From: Paramecium tetraurelia
Taxonomy: Eukaryota
Reading direction: 5' to 3'
Length of the DNA: 64,000 nucleotides
NCBI GenBank assembly: GCA_000165425.1
Contig: CT868072.1
Span: 62,001-126,000, forward strand
The notes beneath the pieces are model-generated. The model was given only the letters and a program-made list of their open reading frames with translations. It was not told the DNA's origin and did not search any database. A program made the translations under genes and the position numbers. This document shows, in pieces, positions 44,124-55,197 of the stretch; the first letter of the stretch is position 1; each line of letters starts with the position of its first letter.

Positions 44124-44289
44124 ATGTATCAATACATGAACAATTCATAATTATAACAAATTAAATAATAAAATTAATAATTATAATAAATATTAATACT
44201 GATAAATTCAAAATTAGATAATAATATCATTTTAATAATACTATACTATTAATAAGCAAGTAATCAACATCTTCTTTTTGATATGATAT

Positions 44290-44842
44290 TACATTTACAC
44301 TAAATAATCAGCATTATTTGATATTATTTATTTCACCTACATGTTATAGCATGAACCCCATACCCATGAGTTACTACTAAGATGTGTTTTTTTGAGAAAT
44401 GCTCTCTCATGCGTTTATAATCTTCTGAGAACCTCTCAAAAAAATCTTAAATTGATTCAGGATATTATTGGATCACTTCCTCATAAGGTTCATTCAATAA
44501 TGGATATTATTCAAAGATGTGCATATAAATTGAAGAATGTTTATAATAATGAAGATCTGACAATTTATCTTTATCAAACCAGTCCTATCTAAAAAATTCT
44601 CCTAATTCTTTTGCTATATATCATTTACACACATCTCAAATATGGTTATGTAACTAAAACCATATTCTCGATTGATTGCTTATTAATTTTATGAAGATTT
44701 TTACTAATTTCAAAATCTTCCTTATATATTTCCCTGTCTTTTTTGCCTAGGTTTATCCATTTAAAGATAAATGGGGATCAAATTTAAAAACAATTCTTTA
44801 CTTTTTAGCATTTGTGCTATCATCTGCCCTTTCACCATGTCA
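44290..44842 (-). pseudogene. Histidine phosphatase (PGAM-superfamily) pseudogene
   Basis: Motifs *HGERADD, DPHLSLNGQTQAKKTG, VTQPYLRCVQ, YPES and ILVVTHGYGV occur in order. There is a TGA or lost splice acceptor directly before HGE, no start codon, and a frameshift near 44615-44625. Confidence 0.8.
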
Positions 44843-45338
44843 ATTATTATTTTTATAAATTTAATTATATATACGCTAAATTTTTAATGAAAATATAACA
44901 ATAATATTGATAATAATTATGTGTTTTTAACTTCAATCATTTCTTTTAAGAGATATCCAATAAAATAAATTGTATAATTATTATTAATTATCATATAAAA
45001 CTATGATAAACTATCATCCACTATAAATTCTTCAAATTCTTCTACAGATTGTTGGTAATAATATTTAACTTTAAATTAATATTAATTATTTTAACATCTG
45101 AATAGGCATGAATACAAATCATAATGAAGTATTGTTTAAAATATTTTCTATTGTAGTTTTGAACTTATTATTATAATATATAAATAGAATTAGAAATGGA
45201 ATAAATAACTTTGTTTTTATTATAATCTAAATATTTTCTTATTTCATTAGGTATATTTGATTGATTGTGATTCTTAAGGACAAGGCATAATTCCATTTAA
45301 TAAATAACTATTATATTTAAATAAGACTAATCATTCCG

Positions 45339-45843
45339 TCAATTTCTTTTGATAATTGTATCAAATTGCTTTTATATTTCTTTTTCTAATTCCGGTGTAT
45401 ATTCAACATTGATATTGCATTTTTTCAAGAACTCCTATGTTGTGCAGCCTACAAATTCGCAAGCAAAGGATGCTAACATTAGATTAGATAGATGTTCTAA
45501 GCCCAAGTCATCTGCAAGTTTTAATATGGTTTGTCTTTCAATTGGAGTAATTGATTTTAAGAAATTGCATTCTATCTCATTCAAATAGGTCTCTATTTTC
45601 CCATTGGGCACAGGCTTTGGGATGATTGAAATCTCAGAAGTTAACAATTTTTGTAGAAAATCGACGACTTTGATAACAATAACACTTTCCACTTTAAAAT
45701 TGAAAATTGTTTTATTTCTAGAGTTTTCTAGGAAAATAAATTTAGATTTTTTTACCTTGAATTTGGGAATTAGTTTTACTAAACTTCTATAAAATTGGAA
45801 CTGGAATGTTAACTTATTTATCATCTAAAGTATTGATGATCAT
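45339..45843 (-). CDS. Divergent Skp1-like (POZ + dimerisation) protein
   Basis: MIINTLDDKQVNIP..FKVESVIVIKVVDFL..ILKLADDLGLEHLSNLMLASFACEFVGCTTQEFLKKCNINVEYTPELEKEI; one 28-nt intron. Confidence 0.78.
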
Positions 45844-46012
45844 TTTGACAAAATAATTTAATATAATAATTATAATTATAATTAAACCAAGCTTATCTTG
45901 GTGAAACACCATGGACAGTAAGACTTTGTTATACTAACCAATCGTATGAAGAGTATTTTGATATCATTCTATTATAATCTAATATGCTATCAATAAATTA
46001 TTAAAATCAAGA

Positions 46013-47570
46013 ATGGGGTCTTGTACTTAGAAACTGAAAAAGGCTAACTAAGAAAATCTCCAAAGAAAGCATATGCAAAAAACTTTGTAGGTTTAGCATT
46101 CAAAAAATCAATCAATCCAAACTCAAGAATCTGTTCAAGAGAAAAAAAAGAAGGATAAGTTTTTGTAAACTGATTAATCTCTTAACATCCATAATTTCAT
46201 TCTGATTTAAACATGTAAATTGTCTAAAGTCTATTCCATTGTTTCCAACAACATTAAGGATAATTAAGTTTAAACCCAAAATAAGTCATACATTGAAAAT
46301 ATGCAGATCATATAGAATAATCTGACTGGGAGAATTAGAGTAATGGAGACACTAAAATTGGACGAGAAATAAACTAAACAATACATGGATAATATTATAG
46401 CAAATCCTTTAGTATTTTTAATATAAAGAATATTAGTCACATCCTAACATCGCACAAACACATGAGATGTATTAGGACGATGAAACTATCCATATAATTC
46501 ATGACTATTGCAGTGGAGGACGATTAAGTACCCTATTTGTAAAACTGGGCCAGGGGATAAGTGAGCATATAGCTTTGAAGATATTGGTATAGATGATAGA
46601 ATCCTTGAATTACCTTCACATGAAAGGATTCAATCATGGTCATTTGACACAAAATAGTTTTTCAAGAACAGATGAATCAGAGAACTATTTTATTAAACTC
46701 ACTGATATAAAACCAATTTACTTAAAGCCTTAGGTTACGTTTGAGCAATTATAGTTTTTTGCTCCTGAAGTAATTGATAACGATTAGGATTATTCAATTG
46801 CTAGAGATGTTTGGTCAATAGGCATCATATTTTATAAGCTTCTAACTGGAAATCTTCCTTATTCATCAACTTAATCGAGTAAATTGAAATAAGAAATACG
46901 AAAGGGTATTCTCTAATTTAGTGATTTATAATTTGATAAAGTGTCCACCAGGGCTAAGGAATTATTAAGTAAACTACTCTCCTTTAATCCATCAATAAGA
47001 TCTGATCTTAATTAAATCATCAAATCACCAATGTATAGAAAATTAGTATCTCAAACTAAACAAATTAGCCAATAATCTGTAAATGCCTTGACGAATATTA
47101 AACCAGCCAATGTTATATAATCATTGTTCTTATAATTTTTGGTTAGTTAATTTTGCCAAAACTAATAAAATGAAATTTATTAAATGTTTAATAAATACGA
47201 TCAAAATGGAGATGCTAAATTAAATAGGACTGAAATATGTGAACTTTTATATTAGTAACTTAGATCTAAAGAGTAAGCACAAAAACATGTTGATTTGATA
47301 TTTTAAGCAATCGATACAGATCATAATGGTACCATTGATTGTGATGAATTCATTAGATGCATTGTAGACAGACAGGCATTGATCACTACTCCTAATCTTA
47401 AGGCGATATTCAAAATATTGTCTAATGGCAAAGGATCAATTCACAAAAAACGATTTATGCAATGTTTCTAGGTTGATTAAAAATAAACTGATGAGATGTT
47501 TGCTTCCATCACCAAATCAAAGAGAATCACTTTCAAAGTATTTTCCAAAACCATGATGGAACTTGTATGA
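46013..47570 (+). CDS. CDPK-like pseudokinase with EF-hands (copy D)
   Basis: MGSCT start, NNLTGRIRVME, SHPNIAQ, HGHLTQNSF, IKLTDIK, APE..RDVWSIG; EF-hands DQNGDAKLNRTE and DTDHNGTIDCDE. Confidence 0.9.
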
Positions 47571-47616
47571 GTGATATAAGTATTTCATACTAATTTTGAT
47601 ATATTATTTTATTTAT

Positions 47617-48361
47617 ATGGAAGAACCTTTAATTTAGAATGAGGAAATTGAATCAAAAATTCCAAATGAAAAAGTCATGACAAGACTCATCAAAGGCGAG
47701 TTTAGGTTTGAGAGAAGACAGTACATATTTTTAAACGTTAATACTGTGAATTTAGTAAGAGAATGCAGTAAGTAATTAGGTGTTAACTATTTATAACCTG
47801 ATTGGTCCTATCAATATTGAAGCCCAGAAATCTTTAATCTTTTATGAGGATACTAGAGTACCTTTAAATGATCAGGACTTCACTTTGATGAATTTATTAA
47901 ATGCCTTGATTGTAGTTCATCTCTTGAGAATCTTCACTTGTTTATTGGGTTTCTTCAGTGTTTCATAGGTAATCGAATGTATTGAATGGTGTAGAAATCC
48001 GGTAAAATTATGACTTATTTTATGATTATGTCTACAGTGTGTGTGCTTTGTAGAGGAATCATATCCTTATTGATTGTGCTAAATTATACAGCAATAAAAG
48101 ATACTTGTAATTTGATTTTTGGAGGTGGAACTGATGACATCGGTTCATTAATGGCAATGTAATTTTTAGTTGTACTTATACTTTTTGTAATTGCAGAAAT
48201 ATTGCTTGCTTTGATCTCATTAATATAATGTTCAAAAACTAAGGAGGAATATAGAAGTACAACTAATCTATGATATCTTAGTTTGGATTAAGCATAAGGA
48301 GAAAATGATGAAGAATTATGAATTGTGCTATGAAGTCGCCATTTGTTAATTAGATGAATGA
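47617..48361 (+). CDS. Small multi-pass membrane protein
   Basis: MEEPLIQNEEIESK.. with about four hydrophobic segments and several short introns; ends ICQLDE-TGA. Confidence 0.7.
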
Positions 48362-48752
48362 TTATTAAATATCTGTAACATTCAATTTCACATATTATAA
48401 ATTTATATAGATTTTAATCATTTAAATCCATAAAATGACATTTGATTTGCATTCGTATTTACTATTTCTTAAGGCATAGTAAGGGAATAACAGAAACATC
48501 ATGTACAGATTCTCACCAGTAGACATTTAAGTTTAAAACGATATTTTTGATTTCGTTATGTTTATGTAAGAGATTAGAATTAATTATAACCATAAGTTGA
48601 ATCATCATTAAATAAGCAAAAGTGGGTTGCATTTTACCAAGAAGTAAAATATTTTGCATTTGAGTTATTTTCTACAAATTACTACTTATGAAATAACGCA
48701 CAACATTTATTATCTGATAATAATTAAATAAACTCAATAATATATATTCGTT

Positions 48753-50288
48753 ATGGGTAATTGCAGCACCAAAAAGAAAGTCAAAAAAGATGTAGAAGTA
48801 CTTGTATCTACATAAGGACCCGAGGAAAAACCTAGAATTGATAGAAAATAATAAAAGTCTTACACATTTACTCCTATTCTTGCTAGATCACTTTTACCGG
48901 ACACAGTTAATGAGTCCGTTATTTCAATACGTTCCACCAAAAAATTTATTGATTCATCGAAATAACAAATCTAAATTCGAGCTGGACTCTTGAGAGTTTA
49001 TACCATATTAGGAGCCAAACCAGACTCTTATTTAGAAAAATTGGATGATAAACAAATAAGGATAGTCCAACACAATATAAGTGGAATTAAAAAGAGAGTA
49101 GAAACAATCAATAAATTTGATACTTCTACACAGAATTTTATTCTCAAAATCTAAAAAACCAGATTAGTATTTAAATATATAACATTAGTAAAATGATTAT
49201 ATCTGTCCAATAACTAATATTTATGAAGACTCTGATAAATACTACCTGTTATCCGACTATTGTAGTGGTGGCAGTTTAGCTGCATTAAAGGGAAAGTTAT
49301 AGGATAGTTAAGTGACTATCCTATTAAACTAGATGGTCACAGCCATTTCTTATTTGCATTCCAAAAAGATGGTTCATGGTAAGTTGTCTTTGGATAGTTT
49401 TCATTTATTAAGTGATTTAAATAGTTTATTTTGTAAGATGGTTGATGCAAACAGTTTATTTTATGGGAAAGAGTAGGTTAAGATAGAACCATCATTAGAA
49501 GATTACGCAGATGATGTCTATGCTTTAGGGACGATCGGTTATTAATTATTGACTGGTTTAATTCCTTATTAGATTAAAAACTATAAATAATAAGAAGATG
49601 GAGAAAATGAACTCATCTTATATTTTAGTGAAGGAACTTCAACTACTTTAAAATCAATACTGAAGAAAATGTTAGACAAGAATAGAAGTGAGAGAATTAC
49701 TTTGGAAGAAGTTAAAAGATAATTATCTAAAAATGATATGAGACATAAGTACTCGGATTTCTTAATAAAGCCTTTGTATTATTTATCAAAATGTAAACAA
49801 AGGAATTATTTTCACGTTGTAATTCTGGCTTTTATGCTGAACAAATTCAATTAGGAAGAAGAATGCATTTTATAGAAAATCTTCAATGATGCAGACCTTG
49901 ATTAAGATGGATTATTGATGAAAGACGACATCATTCGATTATATAAATCTATAGTTGAGTATGAGACTATAAATGTCGATATTCAACAATTATTTTAAAA
50001 ATTAGATGTAAAAAACAAAGAAGCATTAGATATAAAGGAGTTTATATCAGCAGCATTAAACCTCGATGAGTTATTGTCGTAAACATATTTAGAGGCCTGC
50101 TTTAAATATTTATAGAATCAAAGAGGGCAAATTACATGCAATAGTGTCAAAAAACATATTGAGATTAACGAATAATTGTTCAATTCGACTTTAGAGGACA
50201 TCAATGGGCAATTCAAGGTAATAAATCAATAGATATTTCTTAGGTAAATTATACTGAATTTACTGAGATAATGAGATAATTATAATGA
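48753..50288 (+). CDS. CDPK-like pseudokinase with degenerate EF-hands (copy E)
   Basis: MGNCS start, QHNISGIKKRVE, YYLLSDYCSGGSL, HGKLSLDSF, CKMVDAN, no APE, DDVYALG; EF-like DLDQDGLLMKDD and DVKNKEALDIKE. Confidence 0.85.
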
Positions 50289-50561
50289 TTCAAAGTATGG
50301 ATTATAATAGAGTTTATATTTGATTAATATTACTTTATATACATTAATATTATGGTTTTTTTATGTAGATATTTAGTTAAACAGTTAATTATAATTTATT
50401 TGGACTGTAATTTCTGAAGGATGCTACTTAAATAAGACTGAATTTTGGAATTCTACTTATTTACCACATTTAATATGGCTTTTTGATTGAGTAGATTAGA
50501 AATCCTCTAAATAGAAAGAGAAGTTACTTTTAGATGAAAATTGATAAATAAAAATCGATAA

Positions 50562-50784
50562 TCAATCGTCTGATTGCTTTCTTTGATCTTGAGTGAATCT
50601 TCTTTACATAATAGGATTAAGTTTTATTTGGAATACATCCTTTTTATTTTCTTGGGGAGTAGTTTTTCTAAATTAGATCAGTTTATTACTAAGAATTGAT
50701 TCCATTTGGTCCTTTATCTTTATCAGCCTAGTCGGCATATAATGCATCCTATCTTTTGCTTTGTTTTTACTAAACACAGCCCAT
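50562..50784 (-). CDS. Small putatively N-acylated protein (about 66 aa)
   Basis: MGCVQQKQSKRQ..|..KDVFQIKLNPIMQRRFTQDQRKQSDD-TGA using a 22-nt intron. Confidence 0.6.
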
Positions 50785-51048
50785 TTTATTTGGCTTGTTT
50801 ATTTATATATAAATGAATGATAAATCTTATAGTCATTAATATAATAACCTATTATTATTTTAATTATTTTCAAGCAATTTAATGTTTTAGGTTTATGCAA
50901 CAGCCATTTGAAATAAATGCGAAATTTCATCATCGCCATACTGATATTTGGAGATGATGACCTCAAACATAATAGTTTAAGGGTGATTAGCCAGATACAT
51001 AGAAGTTAAAATATATATATCTGATTAATATATTATATTATTTAAATA

Positions 51049-51300
51049 ATGAATGAACGATTGGACACACAAGATTAAACTGACACCAGTATTTTAGGTA
51101 AGGATAAGAAATCAATACGGAGAAATCGTTTAAGATTGGATAAATTTAATCATCCTATCATTAAGGGTGTAAAAGGGAAGAGAATCGTCTTTAGAGATGC
51201 AATAGAAGGAAGAAATTTATGTGATGTTTATTTGGTTTAGAGGTACATTGAAAAGAAAGAATAAAATATGAAATGCAGATGCGCATGTTCAATCTAGTGA
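51049..51300 (+). CDS. Small putatively prenylated protein (83 aa) with RVxF-like motif
   Basis: MNERLDTQDQ..RLDKFNHPIIKGVKGKRIVFRDAIEGRNLCDVYLV..KCRCACSIQ-TGA; intronless. Confidence 0.75.
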
Positions 51301-51430
51301 ATTCTAAATCCGGTTCTTAATGCATGGATGATTTTAGTTAATAATTAATTATAATAATACTAATAATTATTGATTTTAAATTTTCATATGAATTTAAAAA
51401 AAATGATGATGATGTATTTGAAATATTAAT

Positions 51431-53416
51431 TCATTTTTTAATAGCCTACATGTTCTGAAGGAATTCCTTACATCGATTGATTAACACGCTATTATTAGCA
51501 CCTAATTAAGACTAAGTTCTTTGATGATTAACTATTGTTTATTTGCTTCTTTAATCAGAAATGCCCTTTTGCATTAAATAAGTCTGATAGTTCATGCTCA
51601 TTGCTATTTTGAATATGTGGAATATTTACTTTTTTAATGCATCTATTATTATTATGGCTAAGGGATATTAGATTGGGTGGAGATATTATGATCCCCTAAG
51701 AAACTATTTTCTTTGGAGATTTTCTTACCATAATTGAAACTAGAGTTGGCTTTATCAGAGGGAATATAAAAAGATGTGCTTGTACCACTGGTAGGCATTT
51801 TTGCACTGATTCTCTTCTACGCAACAGCAGCATTATTGTTCTGTAGTTATTAGGGTATTTAAGATTTCAGTTGATTTGAAGAGGCCTAATTTAAAGTAGC
51901 ATAAACACTAACAGAGGGAGGTCTCTATTGTTGAGTTGTGATCTAAGGTTTTTGATTGGGTTAAGTCCAAGGAGACATAATTTATTTTTTGGAAATTGAA
52001 TTATCACGTTCTATTTTATTGATTGAAATGTCGACGACATTTTTAGATTTTTAGTTTTCTTTGTTCATTTCTTTACATAATTGGCCACTAATAAATTCCT
52101 TGCTCATATTGACACTTTATTATTATTATTATCCTAAATAATCTTTACTACAATTTGACAAGTATTCTTTCAGGTAATTTTGTGAAACATGTTGTTAAAC
52201 ATTAGGATCTTGCTATTTAATTATAGGTTATTCACTAGGAAGAGTAGAATTAGATGGAGCATTAGGTTTTTTAGATGCATGTTAAAAACTTTAAGTTCTT
52301 TTTCTTTCTTATTGATTTTGATCAGTGCTTTTGAATTAGTTCTCAAATTTATTCTCATATTTGGTTTCATATTTCTTACTAATTTCTAAGTACAAAGCCT
52401 CTCTATACTCTTTGATACTAAATTTCTTGTTATCATCCATAGAGATGATAATTGGATTTGTAGTGCTCTCTTGATTATCATGATGGAATGCACCTACATA
52501 TGGATGTCTCAAGGCTTCTTCTACAGAGATCCTTTGTGAAGGATTGAATGAAAGCAATCTTCTAATCAAATCCAATGCTTGAGGAGTGGCTTTTGGAAAA
52601 TAGTTTGTAAATCCAATTCTCTAGCCTTTAGGAATATTGTTGACGATTTGAGAGGCCAAGGGTGCTTAGACACTTTCCAATTCAGAGGTGGTTGGTCTGC
52701 CTATGACTTCAAGAACCCTTTCGATTTGATTGAGTGTGGAACTACCAGGGAAGATAGGTTTGCCATTAATCATTTCTCCCAGGATGCAACCAACTGACCA
52801 CATGTCTACAGCTTTGGTATATTGGGTGGATCCAAGGAGAATTTCAGGAGCTCGATACCAGCGAGTTGCTACATACTCAGTCAGAATGGAAGTTTCATCG
52901 ATTTGATTTAGTAGACTTCTAGCTAGGCCGAAGTCTGCAACTTTGACATTACATTCTGCATCGAGTAACACGTTTGATGGTTTAAGATCTCTATGTATGA
53001 TTTCAGCAGAGTGAATGTATTTTAATGCTTTGAGTATTTAATAGATAATATATCTGAAATTAAAGTTTAAGATTATACCTCTAGTGTATTTCTTCGAGGA
53101 TTCCTCCTCTAATTACAGCATGGAGGTCTGTTTCCATGAAATCGAAAACAATATACAGATCTTTGTTATTATCTGCTCGATGAATATTGGTCATTCGAAT
53201 AACATTGTCGTGGAGCATCTCCTGTAAAAACATGACTTCTCGAAATGTGCGTTGTGCATCAGTGGCATTATGAAATGCATCAAATACTTTTTTGAGTGCT
53301 ACAGTTTATTTTGTTTTTCGATCTATGGCTTTCCAGACTACTCCATATGCTCCTTTCCCCATTTTCTGTAATACTTCATACTTCTGCATTATGTGGGACT
53401 CGATTTCTTCGGTCAT
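51431..53416 (-). CDS. MAP kinase, ERK7/8 (MAPK15)-like
   Basis: [77 protein letters not shown], with a long Q-rich tail. Confidence 0.95.
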
Positions 53417-53445
53417 TTTAAAAAAATTAACTGTTAAAAATAATT

Positions 53446-54282
53446 ATGAAGAAACATAAATCCTACATCAATTACGAAGACATTATTGATAAACCTACTC
53501 CATTGATCAATATGTAATAATCATTTAATCTTAACGTGAATGTCAAATAACTCAAATAATAATAATCATCTCCACATATCCCTCTCATTAATCCTAAGAA
53601 ACCTTATCTTCAATCCAGAACCAATAATCGAAATAGTCTCCCAGTCATACGCTCTGCTATGCAATCACAAATTATGGACAGAGATACCCAATTTAATCAA
53701 AAGGAGCATGAAAAATTAAAAACTGATTATGAAAACCTTAAAATTGAGTATTCTAAGTAAGAATCGCTTGTCTAGCAATTGATGAATGAGAATGGCCTAT
53801 TGAAGAGTCTCAATGCTGACCTTAAAAATTAGGTTGATGATCTTAAAATCAATATCAAAAGGTATCAATAGAATGATGAAGCTGCTTACTAATAATATCT
53901 CTCAAATTAATAAGAGTTAATTATAAAAGAATTAAAATCGAAGATTAATTAATTGTCTGAGAAATTGATTCTTAAAGAAAAACAAGAGAGCCAACCAGCC
54001 AATTATCTTCTTTACGTGAATGAGATTCAAAGTTTGTGTCTGGATCTAAAGAGGCACTTGGAATGCAAGTACTGCGGAAAGGAATTGAAAGATCCAGTAA
54101 CACTAATTCCATGTGCTCATTCGTATTGCAAAGGATGTAGAAAGGGTTATTCCAATGATTGTTTTTTGTGTGGTAAAGAACTAAAATTAGAGGCGGTGTA
54201 TCTAAATTAATTTATGATTGACATGATGGCATTATATAAACGAAATATTGGACTCATTGAATAGTTGAAAAATAATTTATGA
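53446..54282 (+). CDS. Coiled-coil protein with C-terminal RING finger
   Basis: Coiled coil followed by LECKYCGKELKDPVTLIPCAHSYCKGCRKGYSNDCFLCGK; ends KNNL-TGA. Confidence 0.85.
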
Positions 54283-54581
54283 ATTAATAATCAAAGAACA
54301 AGTCTCTCTATTCCAAAAATATTATTCCTAAACACAATGAGCCCCAAGATATCGAGCATTGTCGATAGGCAATCAAGTAAATCATTGGCAATAGTGATGC
54401 TTCTCGCAATCAAGCATATCATAAGTCTGCCGAAAACCATCACCAACAGCCTTAACTGAAGAAAAACTTACACTCTACAGTGCAACAGTATAATGAAAAT
54501 GTCGGCAAGATGTTTACATCCTCTAAGTATGGTGTCGCATACATGTAGAAAAAGGTCATGCATAATATTGATTAACTATGA
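54279..54581 (+). CDS. Hypothetical 100-aa protein whose ATG overlaps the upstream stop (ATGA)
   Basis: MNQQSKNKSLYSKNIIPKHNEPQDIEHCRQAIKQ..VMHNIDQL-TGA. The stretch is visibly more GC-rich than the non-coding DNA downstream. Confidence 0.55.
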
Positions 54582-55197
54582 TATATTTGATCCACATTAT
54601 AACTTTTCTGTTATTACCAACAATTATCTCACTCTCCTTTTTTGGAAGATTACCTTTAAATTTTTCCAGAATGATTTGGTATCAATTTAAATTTTGATAC
54701 ATATTTAAAGTCGATCATTAATAATACAATTAAGTATTCATCATTTATTCTTAATTTTATTTATTCCCCCATCGATAAATTTAATTAAAAAGTATTAAAG
54801 AATGTTACAAATCCTTTTTGAAGAAAATTGATAGTATAAATATACGCTGTAAAGATATTTAAATATGTCAAACAATCGATTACCAATGTTATTTTATTGT
54901 TGTCATCCATTTCAAACTATTTATGTTATTTCTTATATATATAAAAATCTTTTTTATTATAATAATATTGATATATAGAAATAACATAAATAAGCATAAA
55001 TTTTAGATTCCCTCATTTTTCTATCCAAATACCACTATGTGATATTTAATAATAATAAATTTCTAAAATATATTTAGAAATACTTTTTTAATACATAATA
55101 GTAAATATGAATCTAATTATATAAAGTTAATTAGATATATTAATATATATAATGTTATAATAATAAATTTTATATTATGTTGAATATGTTATAATTT

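Noticed and set aside
54288..54600. Open minus-strand frame opposite the 100-aa ORF
   Set aside because: It has no convincing start and its composition looks like an antisense shadow; the plus-strand frame is preferred.
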